64,000 nt of DNA from Gemmatimonadales bacterium (GCA_036556625.1 DATBJC010000089.1:22024-86023), one strand, 5' to 3'; positions 44,163-55,360 are shown, counted from the stretch's first letter. The notes: generated from the letters alone by a model not told the origin. A program made the numbers and translations.

Positions 44163-44794
44163 AGCCGTTCCTTCTGGTGTTGTCCGCCCCCTCCGGCGGC
44201 GGCAAGAGCAGCATCGCACGGAATCTGTTGCAGGGTCGGGACGACCTGGGGTATTCGGTCTCGGCGACCACCAGGCCGATGCGCGAGGGCGAGCGCGATG
44301 GGGTGGACTACTACTTCCTGACCCGCCAGGAGTTCCTCCGCCGCCGCCAGGCCGGGGAGTTCCTGGAGTCGGCCGGCTACGGCGGCCATCTCTACGGGAC
44401 GCTGCGGAGCGAGATCGAGCGGATTTTCGCCAAGGGCAAGCACGCGGTGCTGGATATCGAGATCGAGGGTGCGCGGCAGATCCGCGCCAGCTTTCCCAAT
44501 TCCCTCCATCTCTTCGTGCTGCCCCCCTCGGCCGAGGTGCTGATCGGCCGGCTCAAGGGCCGGAACACCGAGCCCCCCGAGGTGGTCCGCGAGCGGATCA
44601 CCCGCGCGGCGGACGAGCTGGCCGCCGTGAGCGAGTACGATTACGCGCTGGTCAACCAGGACCTGGTCATCGCCGTGGCCCAGGTCGCCGCCATTCTCGA
44701 CGCCGAGGCGCGGCGGGTGTCGCGGCAGGATGATCTGCCCAAGTTCATCACCCGGCTGCGGAAGGATGTCGTGGCAGCGGTCGAGAAGATCTAG
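44159..44794 (+). CDS. gmk: Guanylate kinase.
   Basis: The GTG start overlaps the yicC stop (GTGA). P-loop SAPSGGGKSS is present, followed by ATTRPMREGERDGVDYYF. Confidence 0.9.
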   Translation: MKPFLLVLSAPSGGGKSSIARNLLQGRDDLGYSVSATTRPMREGERDGVDYYFLTRQEFLRRRQAGEFLESAGYGGHLYGTLRSEIERIFAKGKHAVLDIEIEGARQIRASFPNSLHLFVLPPSAEVLIGRLKGRNTEPPEVVRERITRAADELAAVSEYDYALVNQDLVIAVAQVAAILDAEARRVSRQDDLPKFITRLRKDVVAAVEKI

Positions 44795-44836
44795 GCGCTG
44801 TCAGCCTGACCTGACCCTCAGGAGGAGCAAGAGCGC

Positions 44837-45049
44837 ATGCGGATCACCACACCCACTGAAGTCGCCAAGCAGGCGGGGAACAAGTATCTCGGCGTCTTGG
44901 TCGCGGCGAAGTTCGCCCGCTACCTCAACGAGTTTCCCAAGGACCAGCTGGCGCACCAGGGGGAGAAGCTGACCACCAAGGCCCTGCAGTCGCTCACCGA
45001 GGGGGAGCTCAACTACAAGCTGGTTCGTCGCCGCCGCTCCGAGGCCTGA
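44837..45049 (+). CDS. rpoZ: DNA-directed RNA polymerase subunit omega.
   Basis: 70-aa ORF with AGGAGG upstream. The call rests on position after gmk and on the sequence NKYLGVLVAAKFARYL. Confidence 0.75.
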   Translation: MRITTPTEVAKQAGNKYLGVLVAAKFARYLNEFPKDQLAHQGEKLTTKALQSLTEGELNYKLVRRRRSEA

Positions 45050-45050
45050 G

Positions 45051-46244
45051 GTGTGGGCCGGCCGGCGCGTCGTCCTCGGCGTGTCGGGCGGGATCGCGTG
45101 CTATAAGAGCTGCGTTCTCGCCCGGCGCCTGACTGAGGCGGGAGCCCGGGTGGATGTCGTGCTCACCCGGAGCGCCGTTGAGTTCGTGGGGCCCGTCACG
45201 TTCGAAGCACTCACCGGGCGCCCGGTGCTGACCTCCCTCTGGGAGCCTGGCCGGGCGCTCGCGCACGTCCGACTCCCCCAGGACGCGGATCTCGTCATCG
45301 TGGCGCCGGCCACCGCAGACCTGCTCGCGCGGGTCGCCCTGGGACTGGCGGATGATGTCCTCACCGCGCTGCTGCTGGCCCGCACCGCGCCACTGCTCGT
45401 CGCGCCGGCGATGAATGACGAGATGTACGCCCGGCCCGAGACCCAGGCCAACCTCCAGCGGCTGCGCGCCTCGGGCGTGGCGCTGGTGGGCCCGGAGATC
45501 GGCGCATTGGCCGAGGGCCCGTCGGAGCGGCCAGGCCGGATGAGCGAGCCGGAGACCATCCTGGCACACGCCGCCCGCCTCTTGCGCGGCGACGGCAAGC
45601 TCGCCGGGCGGCGGGTGGTGGTCACCGCGGGTCCCACTCGCGAATCGATCGATCCGGTGCGGGTGGTGACCAACCGTTCCAGCGGCAGGATGGGCTATCG
45701 GCTCGCCGAGGTCGCCTGGGAGCGCGGGGCCGACGTGGTCCTGCTGTCGGGGCCGGTGATGCTCCCCCCGCCACCTGGCGTCTTGGTGAAGCGAGTGGAG
45801 AGCACCGGTGATCTGGAGGCCGCCGTCCGAAGCGAGCTGCCTGCCGCCGACGTGCTGGTGATGGCCGCCGCGCCGGCGGATTTCCGCCCCAGCAATCCCA
45901 GCACCAGCAAACAATCCCGGGTGGACGGCGCACTCGCCGTGCCGATGGAGCCCACGGCCGACATCCTGAGCGGCACCCGCGAGCTGCGGAAGGCGGGCAG
46001 CGTCATCGTGGGCTTCGCGCTGGAGACCGGGGACGCGTTGGCCAAAGGCCGGGCCAAGCTGGAGCGTAAGGACCTGGATTTCATCGTGGTGAACGATGCA
46101 CTGGAGCCGGGCGCGGGATTCGAGCACGAGACCAATCGGGTGGCCGTGCTGGGTCGCGACGGCACGCCCAAGATCTTTCCCCTCCAATCCAAGCGGGAGG
46201 TGGCGGAGGCGATCCTCGACGCGGTGGAGCAGGCTCTTGGATGA
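45051..46244 (+). CDS. coaBC: Bifunctional phosphopantothenoylcysteine decarboxylase / phosphopantothenate-cysteine ligase.
   Basis: 397-aa ORF reading VVLGVSGGIACYKS, PAMNDEMY and VVTAGPTRESIDPVRVVTNRSSGRMG. Confidence 0.9.
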   Translation: MWAGRRVVLGVSGGIACYKSCVLARRLTEAGARVDVVLTRSAVEFVGPVTFEALTGRPVLTSLWEPGRALAHVRLPQDADLVIVAPATADLLARVALGLADDVLTALLLARTAPLLVAPAMNDEMYARPETQANLQRLRASGVALVGPEIGALAEGPSERPGRMSEPETILAHAARLLRGDGKLAGRRVVVTAGPTRESIDPVRVVTNRSSGRMGYRLAEVAWERGADVVLLSGPVMLPPPPGVLVKRVESTGDLEAAVRSELPAADVLVMAAAPADFRPSNPSTSKQSRVDGALAVPMEPTADILSGTRELRKAGSVIVGFALETGDALAKGRAKLERKDLDFIVVNDALEPGAGFEHETNRVAVLGRDGTPKIFPLQSKREVAEAILDAVEQALG

Positions 46245-46998
46245 GTTGCGCCGGCGGTACCTGATCCAGCAGATGGAGCTTGGGGGTGCCGAGGTGATTC
46301 TGGGTGAGGCCGCCGGTCCCTCTCAGGCCGCGGTGGCCCCCGAGCCTGCAGCGGTGCCCCGCTGGCTCAAAGGTGCGCCACCGATCCCCGGCCCCGGCAT
46401 CTCCGTCACCTCGCCCGACCCGGTGCTGCTGGGCAACGATCTCGCCGCGCTGCCCACGATCGAGGCGGTGGCGGAGCGTATCCGCAGCACCTACTGCTGC
46501 GCGCTCTGTCCTCACCGGACCAACGCGGTGCCCGGCGAGGGCAGCCCCCAGGCGCGAATGTTCCTCGTGGGCGAAGGGCCGGGTGCCACCGAGGATGCCA
46601 CCGGCCGGCCGTTCGTCGGTCAGGCCGGGAAGTTGCTCGAAGGCATCCTCGAGGCTATTGAAGTTCCCCGTGATTCGGTGTACATCACCAACATCGTCAA
46701 GTGCCGACCTCCCCAGAACCGGAAGCCGCTGCCCGATGAGATCGCGGCCTGCATTCCCTATCTCCACCGCCAGCTGGAGCTCATTCGACCGAAGGTGATC
46801 CTCGCCCTGGGCGGGACCGCCGGCGAAGCGATGCTCGGTGTGAGAAAGGGACTGGGGGAGTTGCGGAACAAGGTGCACACGTACAACGGCACTCCGCTGA
46901 TCGTGACGTACCATCCCGCGGCACTGCTGCGCAACCCCAACTGGAAGAAGCCGACCTGGGATGACGTCCGTATCGCCCGACAACTTCTCGACGGTTGA
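46237..46998 (+). CDS. Uracil-DNA glycosylase, family 4.
   Basis: Track ORF 46096..46998. The start is either TTG 46237 or ATG 46273. It reads CALCPHRTNAVPGEG, MFLVGEGPGATEDATGRPFVGQAGKLL and TYHPAALLR. Confidence 0.85.
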   Translation: MDELRRRYLIQQMELGGAEVILGEAAGPSQAAVAPEPAAVPRWLKGAPPIPGPGISVTSPDPVLLGNDLAALPTIEAVAERIRSTYCCALCPHRTNAVPGEGSPQARMFLVGEGPGATEDATGRPFVGQAGKLLEGILEAIEVPRDSVYITNIVKCRPPQNRKPLPDEIAACIPYLHRQLELIRPKVILALGGTAGEAMLGVRKGLGELRNKVHTYNGTPLIVTYHPAALLRNPNWKKPTWDDVRIARQLLDG

Positions 46999-48337
46999 CA
47001 CCTACGTCGGCCGCTCGGCGCCCTGGAGCGCCGAGGCCGAACAGGCGGTATTGGGCGCGATGCTGCTGGATCAGGACGCCGCGCTCCGCGCCGCCGAGCT
47101 GGTGGACGACTCGATGTTCTACCGCGAGGGGCACCGCCGGCTGTTCCGGGCGATGCTCGCGCTGGTCGAGCGCCGGGTGGTCATCGACCACATCACCCTC
47201 CGCGACGAGCTGCTCCGGCGGGGCGAGCTCGAGGCCGCCGGGGGGCTGGAGTACCTCGCGGAGCTGGTGGATGCGGTGCCCACCGCGGCCAATCTGGAGT
47301 TCCACGCCCGCATCGTCCGCGACAAGGCCATCCTCCGCCGCCTGATCGAGACCTCCACCGGTATCATCACCGAAGCCTACGACGGCCGCTCCACCGCGAC
47401 CGAGCTGCTCGACGTCGCCGAGTCGCGGATCTTCAAGATCTCGCAGCAGCGGGGCGACGAGGGCTTCACTCGGATCAAGGAGATGCTGTGGCCGACCATG
47501 GAGCGCATCGAAACGCTCCAGCGGAGCGGCAAGGCGATTACCGGGGTGCCCAGCGGCTTCCTAGACTTGGACGGACTGACGTCGGGGTTTCAAAGCGCGG
47601 AGCTGGTGGTGGTGGCGGCCCGTCCCTCCATGGGCAAAACGGCCTTCTGTCTCAACATCGCGGCCAACGCCGCGGCCGAAGGGCATGGCGTCGCCATCTT
47701 CTCGCTGGAAATGTCGAAGGAGGCCCTGGTCCAGCGCATGCTCACCGCCACGGCGCGGGTGGACAGCCATCGGGTGCGCCAGGGCACCCTGCGCGATTCC
47801 GACTTCACCCAGCTGGCCCGCGCCGCCGGCCTGTTGCAGACCTATCAGGTCTGGATCGACGACACCCCCTCCATCACCCTGCTGGAGATGCGGTCCAAGG
47901 CGCGCCGGCTCAAGATCGACAACGACCTCCGGCTGATCGTGGTGGACTATCTCCAGCTCATGCGGAGCCCGGAGTACTCGGAGAACCGGGTCCAGGAGAT
48001 CTCCGACATCTCCCGCTCGCTGAAGGCGCTCGCGCGAGAGCTGGAAGTTCCGGTCATCGCGCTCTCGCAGCTCTCCCGGGCCTCGGAGCAGCGCGGGGGA
48101 GAGCGAAAGCCGATCCTGTCCGACCTGCGAGACTCGGGGGCCATCGAGCAGGATGCCGATCTCGTCATCTTCATCCACCGGCCCGAGTACTACGACCGGG
48201 ACGATGAAGCCAAACGCGGCCTGGCCGAAGTGATGCTGGCCAAGAACCGCAACGGCCCCACCGGCGACGTGCAGCTCAAGTTCACCCGCGAGTACACCCG
48301 GTTCGACAGCTTTTCGAGCCGGGAGGAGCCGGAATAG
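46961..48337 (+). CDS. dnaB: Replicative DNA helicase.
   Basis: 458-aa ORF reading AEAEQAVLGAMLLD, with Walker A AARPSMGKTAF and IVVDYLQLM. Confidence 0.95.
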   Translation: MTSVSPDNFSTVDTYVGRSAPWSAEAEQAVLGAMLLDQDAALRAAELVDDSMFYREGHRRLFRAMLALVERRVVIDHITLRDELLRRGELEAAGGLEYLAELVDAVPTAANLEFHARIVRDKAILRRLIETSTGIITEAYDGRSTATELLDVAESRIFKISQQRGDEGFTRIKEMLWPTMERIETLQRSGKAITGVPSGFLDLDGLTSGFQSAELVVVAARPSMGKTAFCLNIAANAAAEGHGVAIFSLEMSKEALVQRMLTATARVDSHRVRQGTLRDSDFTQLARAAGLLQTYQVWIDDTPSITLLEMRSKARRLKIDNDLRLIVVDYLQLMRSPEYSENRVQEISDISRSLKALARELEVPVIALSQLSRASEQRGGERKPILSDLRDSGAIEQDADLVIFIHRPEYYDRDDEAKRGLAEVMLAKNRNGPTGDVQLKFTREYTRFDSFSSREEPE

Positions 48338-48339
48338 CG

Positions 48340-49710
48340 ATGGCGCGGGCCCGGTCGGTCTATCGCTGCACCGAGTGCGGTCACGAGCACGCCAAGTGGG
48401 TGGGACGCTGCGAAGGCTGCGGGGCGTGGAACGCGGTCGCGGAAGAGCCGGCGGTCAGCCGGTCAGGCGGTCAGGCGGCCGGGAGAAGGCGTGGAATCGA
48501 CCGCCCGACCGTCCGACCGCCCGACCGCCTGCGCGACGTCGCGGCCGAACCTCTTCAGCGCTGGCGTACCGGCATCAACGAGTTCGATTTCGTGCTCGGC
48601 GGCGGGATCGTGCCCGGCTCCATGATCCTCATCGGGGGCGAGCCCGGCATCGGCAAGTCTACGCTCCTGCTTCAGGCGGCGGCCCGGCTCGAGGCCGCCG
48701 GCCGAACCGTGCTCTATGCCAGCGGTGAGGAATCGCCCGATCAGATCCGGCTTCGGGCCGATCGCCTGACCGAAGATGCCGGCGCGGTACACGTCCTGGG
48801 CGAAACCCGCCTGGAGGCGATCGTCGGTGCCGCCGGAGCCCTGACGGCCGACGTGGTGGTCATCGACTCGATCCAGACGGTCTACACCGAGACGCTGGAG
48901 AGCGCACCCGGCAACGTCGGCCAGGTGCGGGAGTGCGCCGGACAGCTCATGCGCTTCGCCAAGGAGAGCGGCACCGCGGTGATCGTGGTGGGCCACGTCA
49001 CCAAGGGCGGCGGCATCGCCGGCCCCAAGACGCTGGAGCACATCGTGGACACCGTGCTCTACTTCGAGGGCGAGGTGACGCTCGATTACCGTCTCCTCCG
49101 CACAACCAAGAACCGTTTCGGCTCGGTGGACGAGCTCGGCGTCTTCTCCATGACCGAGCGGGGACTGGTGGCGGTACCGAATCCGTCCGCGGTGTTCCTG
49201 GCGGCCCGGGCGGATGGGATCAGCGGCAGCGCGGTCACCGCGCTGATGGAAGGCACTCGCCCCGTGCTGGTGGAGATCCAGGCCCTGGCGGCCAAGTCGG
49301 GTTACGGCACGCCGCAGCGGGTCGCCACCGGGCTGGACCCGAAGCGGCTGGCCGTCCTCCTCGCGGTCCTGGAGCGACGGGCCGACACCTCGTTCGCCGA
49401 TCTGGACGTGTTCGTGCAGGTCACCGCGGGTGTCCGGCTCACCGAGCCCGGGGCGGACCTCGCCGTCGCAGCGGCGCTGCTGAGCAGCCTGTACAACCGG
49501 CCCGCGCCGGCCGACGTCATCTTCCTCGGCGAGATCGGCCTGGGCGGCGAGATCCGTCCCAGCGGCGCGATCGAGCGCCGGATCGCCGAGGCGGCGCGAC
49601 TGGGGTTCCGGCGCGTATTCGGATCGTCGCGCAGCAGCTCGCAGGTCGCCGGCGTCTCGCTGGTCGGACTGGACCACGTCGAGCAGCTGGTGCGCGCGCT
49701 TGCCGCGTGA
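48340..49710 (+). CDS. radA: DNA repair protein RadA/Sms.
   Basis: 456-aa ORF. The zinc finger reads YRCTECGHEHAKWVGRCEGCGAWN, with Walker A GGEPGIGKSTLLLQ and KNRFG. Confidence 0.95.
   Translation: MARARSVYRCTECGHEHAKWVGRCEGCGAWNAVAEEPAVSRSGGQAAGRRRGIDRPTVRPPDRLRDVAAEPLQRWRTGINEFDFVLGGGIVPGSMILIGGEPGIGKSTLLLQAAARLEAAGRTVLYASGEESPDQIRLRADRLTEDAGAVHVLGETRLEAIVGAAGALTADVVVIDSIQTVYTETLESAPGNVGQVRECAGQLMRFAKESGTAVIVVGHVTKGGGIAGPKTLEHIVDTVLYFEGEVTLDYRLLRTTKNRFGSVDELGVFSMTERGLVAVPNPSAVFLAARADGISGSAVTALMEGTRPVLVEIQALAAKSGYGTPQRVATGLDPKRLAVLLAVLERRADTSFADLDVFVQVTAGVRLTEPGADLAVAAALLSSLYNRPAPADVIFLGEIGLGGEIRPSGAIERRIAEAARLGFRRVFGSSRSSSQVAGVSLVGLDHVEQLVRALAA
48450..48529. repeat. Two oppositely oriented arrays of 8-bp tandem units inside the radA linker region.
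   Basis: The left array reads ggcggtca gccggtca ggcggtca ggcggccg (48450-48481). The right array reads cgaccgcc cgaccgtc cgaccgcc cgaccgcc (48498-48529). The arrays are complementary at 26 of 32 positions by hand pairing. Confidence 0.75.
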
Positions 49711-50395
49711 TGTGGGCGTAGTGGTGGTCGCCGCGGGGCGGGGGAGCCGCGTCGGCGGCGACCTGCCCAAGCAGTATCTCTCCATCGGCGGTGTGCCGCT
49801 GCTGCTCCGGGCAGTCCGGCCCTTCGTGAGCCATCCCGAGGTCGCGCAGGTTGCCGTCGTCCTGACCCCGCGTGATGCGGAGCAGCCCCCCGACTTTCTG
49901 GCACCGCTCCGAGGCGAGGCGCTCACGGTGGTCGCCGGTGGGCGGGAGCGGGCCGACTCGGTGGCGGCCGGGCTTCGGGCGCTGGACGCAAGCTGTGCGA
50001 TCGTGCTGGTGCACGACGGAGCCCGCCCATTCGTCGAGCGCGGGGTGATCGACGCCGTGATCGCGCATGCTCGCGCGGGTGAAGGAGCGGTTGCGGCGCT
50101 GCCGGTGAGCGACACCATCAAGGAGGCCCTGGGTCCTGATCCGACCCTGGTCGGACGCACCGTACCGCGCGCCGGCCTGTGGCGAGCACAGACTCCCCAG
50201 GGCTTTCCCCGCCGGCTCCTGGAGGACGCCTATGCGCGGGCCGGGGCGGAGGCGAGCGGTGCCACCGACGACGCAGCCCTGGTGGAGGCGTGCGGCGGCA
50301 CCGTACGGCTGGTGCCCGACTCTCCCCGCAATCTGAAGGTCACCACCCGCGACGACCTGGCCCTGGCGGAGGCGCTCGCCGGGATCCAGCGGTGA
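49700..50395 (+). CDS. ispD: 2-C-methyl-D-erythritol 4-phosphate cytidylyltransferase.
   Basis: 231-aa ORF reading VVVAAGRGSRVGGDLPKQYL and VLVHDGARPFV. Confidence 0.9.
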   Translation: MPRDVGVVVVAAGRGSRVGGDLPKQYLSIGGVPLLLRAVRPFVSHPEVAQVAVVLTPRDAEQPPDFLAPLRGEALTVVAGGRERADSVAAGLRALDASCAIVLVHDGARPFVERGVIDAVIAHARAGEGAVAALPVSDTIKEALGPDPTLVGRTVPRAGLWRAQTPQGFPRRLLEDAYARAGAEASGATDDAALVEACGGTVRLVPDSPRNLKVTTRDDLALAEALAGIQR

Positions 50396-51042
50396 TCCTT
50401 CCCTTCGGCTCGGAGCGTGAGATCGACGCCGCGATTCCAGTGGTGGCCGCCCATCTCGAGCGCGATGGGCTCCTGGCCTATCCCACCGAGACGGTCTACG
50501 GATTGGGATCGGGCCCCTCCGTCCCGGCGCTCGCCGCACTGGCCCGCATCAAGGGCCGTGCTCCCGACAAGCCGTTCCTGCTGCTGATTTCCGGTCCGGC
50601 CATGGCGAGCGAGTGGGGTCTGGTCATGTCGCCCTCCGCGCGGGCGCTGTCGGCGGCGTTCTGGCCCGGGCCGCTCACCTTGGTCCTGCCAGGTGGCGAA
50701 GGCCGGTTGCCGGACGAGTTGCGCGGCAGGGAAGGCGGGATCGCGGTGCGGCATACCTCACACACCGGCATCGCCCGGCTGGTGGCGGCAACCGGCCGTC
50801 CTCTTACGTCCACCTCGGCCAATCGGCCGGGGCAGGCACCAGCTCCGGGACCGGATCGGATCAGCCAAGTCTTCGGGCCCGAGATCGAGCGCGGCGAGCT
50901 GCTGGTGCTGGATGGCGGGGTGCTGGGCAACGTGCCGCCGTCCACCCTGGTGGATTGTACCGGGCCGATGCCCCGGCTGGTGCGCGAGGGCGCGATTCCT
51001 CGAGCCGAGCTGCGACGCGCAGCGGGGAGTCTGGCGCCGTGA
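50392..51042 (+). CDS. tsaC: L-threonylcarbamoyladenylate synthase (TsaC/YrdC/Sua5 family).
   Basis: Track ORF 50179..51042. The GTG 50392 start overlaps the ispD stop (GTGA). It reads YPTETVYGLG, KGRAPDKPFLLLI and TSTSANRPG. Confidence 0.85.
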   Translation: MILPFGSEREIDAAIPVVAAHLERDGLLAYPTETVYGLGSGPSVPALAALARIKGRAPDKPFLLLISGPAMASEWGLVMSPSARALSAAFWPGPLTLVLPGGEGRLPDELRGREGGIAVRHTSHTGIARLVAATGRPLTSTSANRPGQAPAPGPDRISQVFGPEIERGELLVLDGGVLGNVPPSTLVDCTGPMPRLVREGAIPRAELRRAAGSLAP

Positions 51043-51069
51043 ACGGTCCTCGTACGCTTATCTTGTGAC

Positions 51070-51528
51070 ATGCACATCGTCTTCGTTTGCACCGGGAACA
51101 CCTGCCGCAGCCCGATGGCGGAGGGATTGCTGCGCGAAGCGCTCGCGGCCCGAGGCATCGATCATGTCACGGTGGCCTCGGCCGGCACCGGGGCATGGGA
51201 AGGCGCGCCGGCGTCCGAAGGGGCCTATCTCGTCGGCCTGGAGCACGGCCTGGATCTCAGCGAGCACCGGGCCAGGCTGCTGACTCGCGAGATGGTGCGC
51301 GAAGCCGATCTGATCCTCGTCATGTCGGGTCACCACCTGGCGCGAGTGGCGGAGCTGGGTGGCGAGGATAAGGTCCATCTGCTCGGCTGGTACGCCGGCC
51401 GCGACGCCGCCCGCTCGGAAGTCACCGATCCCTTCGGTGCCGACCTGGCCAGCTACCGCACCACCTTCAGCGAGCTGAAGGAGTTGATCGGCGTGGTGGT
51501 GAGCCGCGTGGCCGGCATGGTACGGTGA
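51070..51528 (+). CDS. Low-molecular-weight protein tyrosine/arginine phosphatase.
   Basis: 152-aa ORF reading MHIVFVCTGNTCRSPMAE (CX5R(S/T) loop), with DPFG (DP motif) later. Confidence 0.9.
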   Translation: MHIVFVCTGNTCRSPMAEGLLREALAARGIDHVTVASAGTGAWEGAPASEGAYLVGLEHGLDLSEHRARLLTREMVREADLILVMSGHHLARVAELGGEDKVHLLGWYAGRDAARSEVTDPFGADLASYRTTFSELKELIGVVVSRVAGMVR

Positions 51529-52328
51529 TCGACGGCAACACCCGGGTGTTCGCCCTGATCGGCGACCCGGTAGCCCATTCCCTCTCTCCGGCCATGCAGA
51601 ACGCCGCGTTCCGCGCACTCGGCCTGCGAGCGGTGTATGTGGCACTCCGCTGTACTCCCGACGACGTCGCTCCTCTCATTCGCGCGCTCACCCACGCCGG
51701 CGGCGGCGGCAACGTGACCATTCCGCACAAGGAAGCCGCCGCGACCGTAGTGGATCGGCAGCTGGCCGACGCCAGCGAGGTGGGTGCCTGCAACGTCTTC
51801 TGGGGCGAGGACGGCGCGGTGCTCGGCGGCAACACCGACGTGGAGGGCCTGCTCCGCGCCCTCGAGCCGCTGGAGCCGCCGTCGGACCCCTGGCTGATCG
51901 TCGGAACCGGCGGGGGTGCCCGTGCGGCGGCGATCGCGGCAGCGCGGTGCGGTGTTCGCGTCGCGGTGTCTTCCCGCTCGGCGGAGCGGGCGGGTGCGTT
52001 CTGCCGCTGGATCTCGGAGCGAGGCATCGAGCCCGCATCGTCCGAGGAGTGCGGGCTCGTCGTCAACGCCACGCCGCTGGGGCTTCGTGCCGACGACCCG
52101 ATGCCGGTGGATCCTGGCCTCGCCCCGGCGGCCATGGCCGCCTTCGATATGGTGTACCGCACCGGAGAGACGCCGTGGGTCCGGGCGATGCGGGCGGCCG
52201 GCCGCCGCGCCGCGGACGGACGTGGGATGCTGGTGGCCCAGGGGGCCGGTGCTCTGCAGCGGTGGTTTCCCGGCGTGATGGCACCCACCGAGATCATGCG
52301 CGCTGCCGTGGATGCCGCGCTTCGCTGA
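51525..52328 (+). CDS. aroE: Shikimate dehydrogenase.
   Basis: The GTG start overlaps the upstream stop. It reads GDPVAHSLSPAMQNAAF, NVTIPHK and GGNTD. Confidence 0.9.
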   Translation: MIDGNTRVFALIGDPVAHSLSPAMQNAAFRALGLRAVYVALRCTPDDVAPLIRALTHAGGGGNVTIPHKEAAATVVDRQLADASEVGACNVFWGEDGAVLGGNTDVEGLLRALEPLEPPSDPWLIVGTGGGARAAAIAAARCGVRVAVSSRSAERAGAFCRWISERGIEPASSEECGLVVNATPLGLRADDPMPVDPGLAPAAMAAFDMVYRTGETPWVRAMRAAGRRAADGRGMLVAQGAGALQRWFPGVMAPTEIMRAAVDAALR

Positions 52329-53046
52329 GCGGCTCGCCGGCTGGCGTCATTCGCTGGCCGATATCGAGCGATGGCTGCTGCCGGCGGCGTGTCTGCTCTG
52401 CGACGCGCCGGTCAGCGAGCGGGAAAACGACGCACTGGTCTGTGACCTCTGCCGCGCTCGATGGCGCCCGGTGGTCGGCCCGATGTGCCAGCGCTGCGGC
52501 CAGCCGGCCATGCAGGATCTCGGGTGCCGGATCTGCTCCGGCTGGGGTCCAGGGCTCCGCCGGGTACGCAGTGCCGTCTGGCTGGACGAGTCCGCCAGGC
52601 GAGCGGTGCACCGGCTCAAGTACGACGGCTGGTGGCGGGTGGCCGAGGCGATGGCGGCCGCGATGCGGGGCCTGGAGCCATTGACCGGGCGGGTATCCTT
52701 GATACCGGTGCCGCTCGGGGCCCGCCGCGCGCGGGAGCGGGGCTACAACCAGAGCGAGCGGCTCGCGGCCGCGCTCGGACGGCTGACCGGCGCCCCGGTG
52801 CGTGGCGATCTGCTTCGCCGGGTTCGCGAGACCGCGACTCAGACGGCGCTCACCCCCGAAGCGAGACAGGCGAATCTGGCGGGTGCGTTCGCCGGTGCCA
52901 GCGCGAGAGGCCTGGTGGCGGTTCTGGTGGACGACGTGTTCACCACCGGAGCCACGCTGGTGTCCGCGGCCGTCGCGTTGGCCGAGGCCGGCGCGGAGTC
53001 GGTGGACGCCATCACTTTTGCGCGGGCCCTGGAGCCAGTGGCGTAG
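52312..53046 (+). CDS. comF: ComF-family protein (phosphoribosyltransferase domain with an N-terminal zinc ribbon).
   Basis: 244-aa ORF with CLLCD...CDLC...CQRCG...CRIC, and VLVDDVFTTGATL (PRTase motif). Confidence 0.85.
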   Translation: MPRFAERLAGWRHSLADIERWLLPAACLLCDAPVSERENDALVCDLCRARWRPVVGPMCQRCGQPAMQDLGCRICSGWGPGLRRVRSAVWLDESARRAVHRLKYDGWWRVAEAMAAAMRGLEPLTGRVSLIPVPLGARRARERGYNQSERLAAALGRLTGAPVRGDLLRRVRETATQTALTPEARQANLAGAFAGASARGLVAVLVDDVFTTGATLVSAAVALAEAGAESVDAITFARALEPVA

Positions 53047-53159
53047 AGAGCCAGCTGTCAGCGATCAGCTACAGCCATCGGATGGGCACACTCAAGCTGG
53101 CCGATGTGTTTACCTGATAGCCGATAGCTGTAACTGATAGCTCCACAAGAGGAGAGACG

Positions 53160-54169
<1,010 letters not shown>

Positions 54170-54173
<4 letters not shown>

Positions 54174-55360
54174 AGCGAACGCTCGAGTCGCTCGATGCCG
54201 GCGCGATCGAGGGGAAGCGGGCCCTGGTGCGGGTGGACTTCAACTGCCCGATCAAGGACGGCGCGGTCACCGACAACACCAGGATCCGCGCAGCGCTCCC
54301 CACCATCGAGTTTCTTCGGGGCCGCGGTGCCCGCGTGGTCCTGCTCTCGCATCTCGGCCGTCCCAAGGGAGGCCGCGAGTCCAAGTATTCGCTGGAGCCG
54401 GTGGTCCGGGAGCTCGAGCGCCTGTTGGGCTCGCCGGTGACGTTCCTGCGCGACCCGCTGACCGAGCAGGCCGTCACCGAGACCCGACGGCTCCCGCGCG
54501 GCGGGGTTGCCATGGCGGAGAACACCCGCTTCTTCCCAGGCGAGGAGAACAACGACAAGGATCTGGCCGCGCGCTTTGCCGCGCTGGGCGACTTCTACGT
54601 CAACGACGCGTTCGGCTCGGCCCATCGTGCCCACGCGAGCACCGAGGCCGTGGCACGGGTGCTCAAGCCCGCCGTCTCCGGCTTCCTGATGCAGCAGGAG
54701 CTGCGCTACCTGGGCGATGCCCTGCGCCAGCCGAAGCGGCCCTTCGTCGCCGTGCTCGGCGGGGCCAAGATCAGCGGCAAGATCGATCTCATCTCCGCGC
54801 TGCTGCCCAAGGTGGACCACATCCTGCTCGGCGGGGCGATGGCCTGCACTTTCTTCGCCGCGATGGGGCTGGAGACCGGCAACTCGCTGATCGAGCGCGA
54901 TCGCATCGAACTCGCGCGGCGCCTGCTGGCCGACTCGAGCGGCAAGCTGGTGGTGCCGAGCGGAGCGGTAGTGGCACGCGAGCTCAAGGCCGGGGCGGAC
55001 ACTCGGACGGTCAATCGGGACCGGATCCCGGAAGGGTGGTCGGTCTACGACATAGATCCCGCGACCGAGCACGACTTCGCGGCCCGCATCGAACCCGCCG
55101 GCACCGTGGTATGGAATGGACCCATGGGGGTGTTCGAGACTCCGCCGTTCGATCACGGTACGCTGGCCATCGCGCGCGCCATGGCTGCGGCAACCGGCAA
55201 CGGGGCGGTGACGGTGGTCGGCGGGGGCGATTCGGCGGCCGCGGTGTCACAGGCGGGACTGGACGACAACATCACCCACGTCTCGACCGGCGGCGGAGCG
55301 TCGCTGGAGTTCCTGGAGGGCAAGACCCTGCCGGGGATCGCGGCGCTGGATGAGGTCTGA
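54170..55360 (+). CDS. pgk: Phosphoglycerate kinase.
   Basis: Track ORF 53618..55360 is over-extended. The GTG 54170 start overlaps the gap stop. It reads [21 protein letters not shown] and [14 protein letters not shown]. Confidence 0.95.

Noticed and set aside
53047-53159. Repeated words (agctgt, gatagc, cagc) upstream of gap, which might be an operator for a glycolytic regulator.
   Set aside because: They are only short, loosely arranged repeats without a clear dyad or direct-repeat geometry. No regulator gene lies nearby. The case is not strong enough to report as a site.
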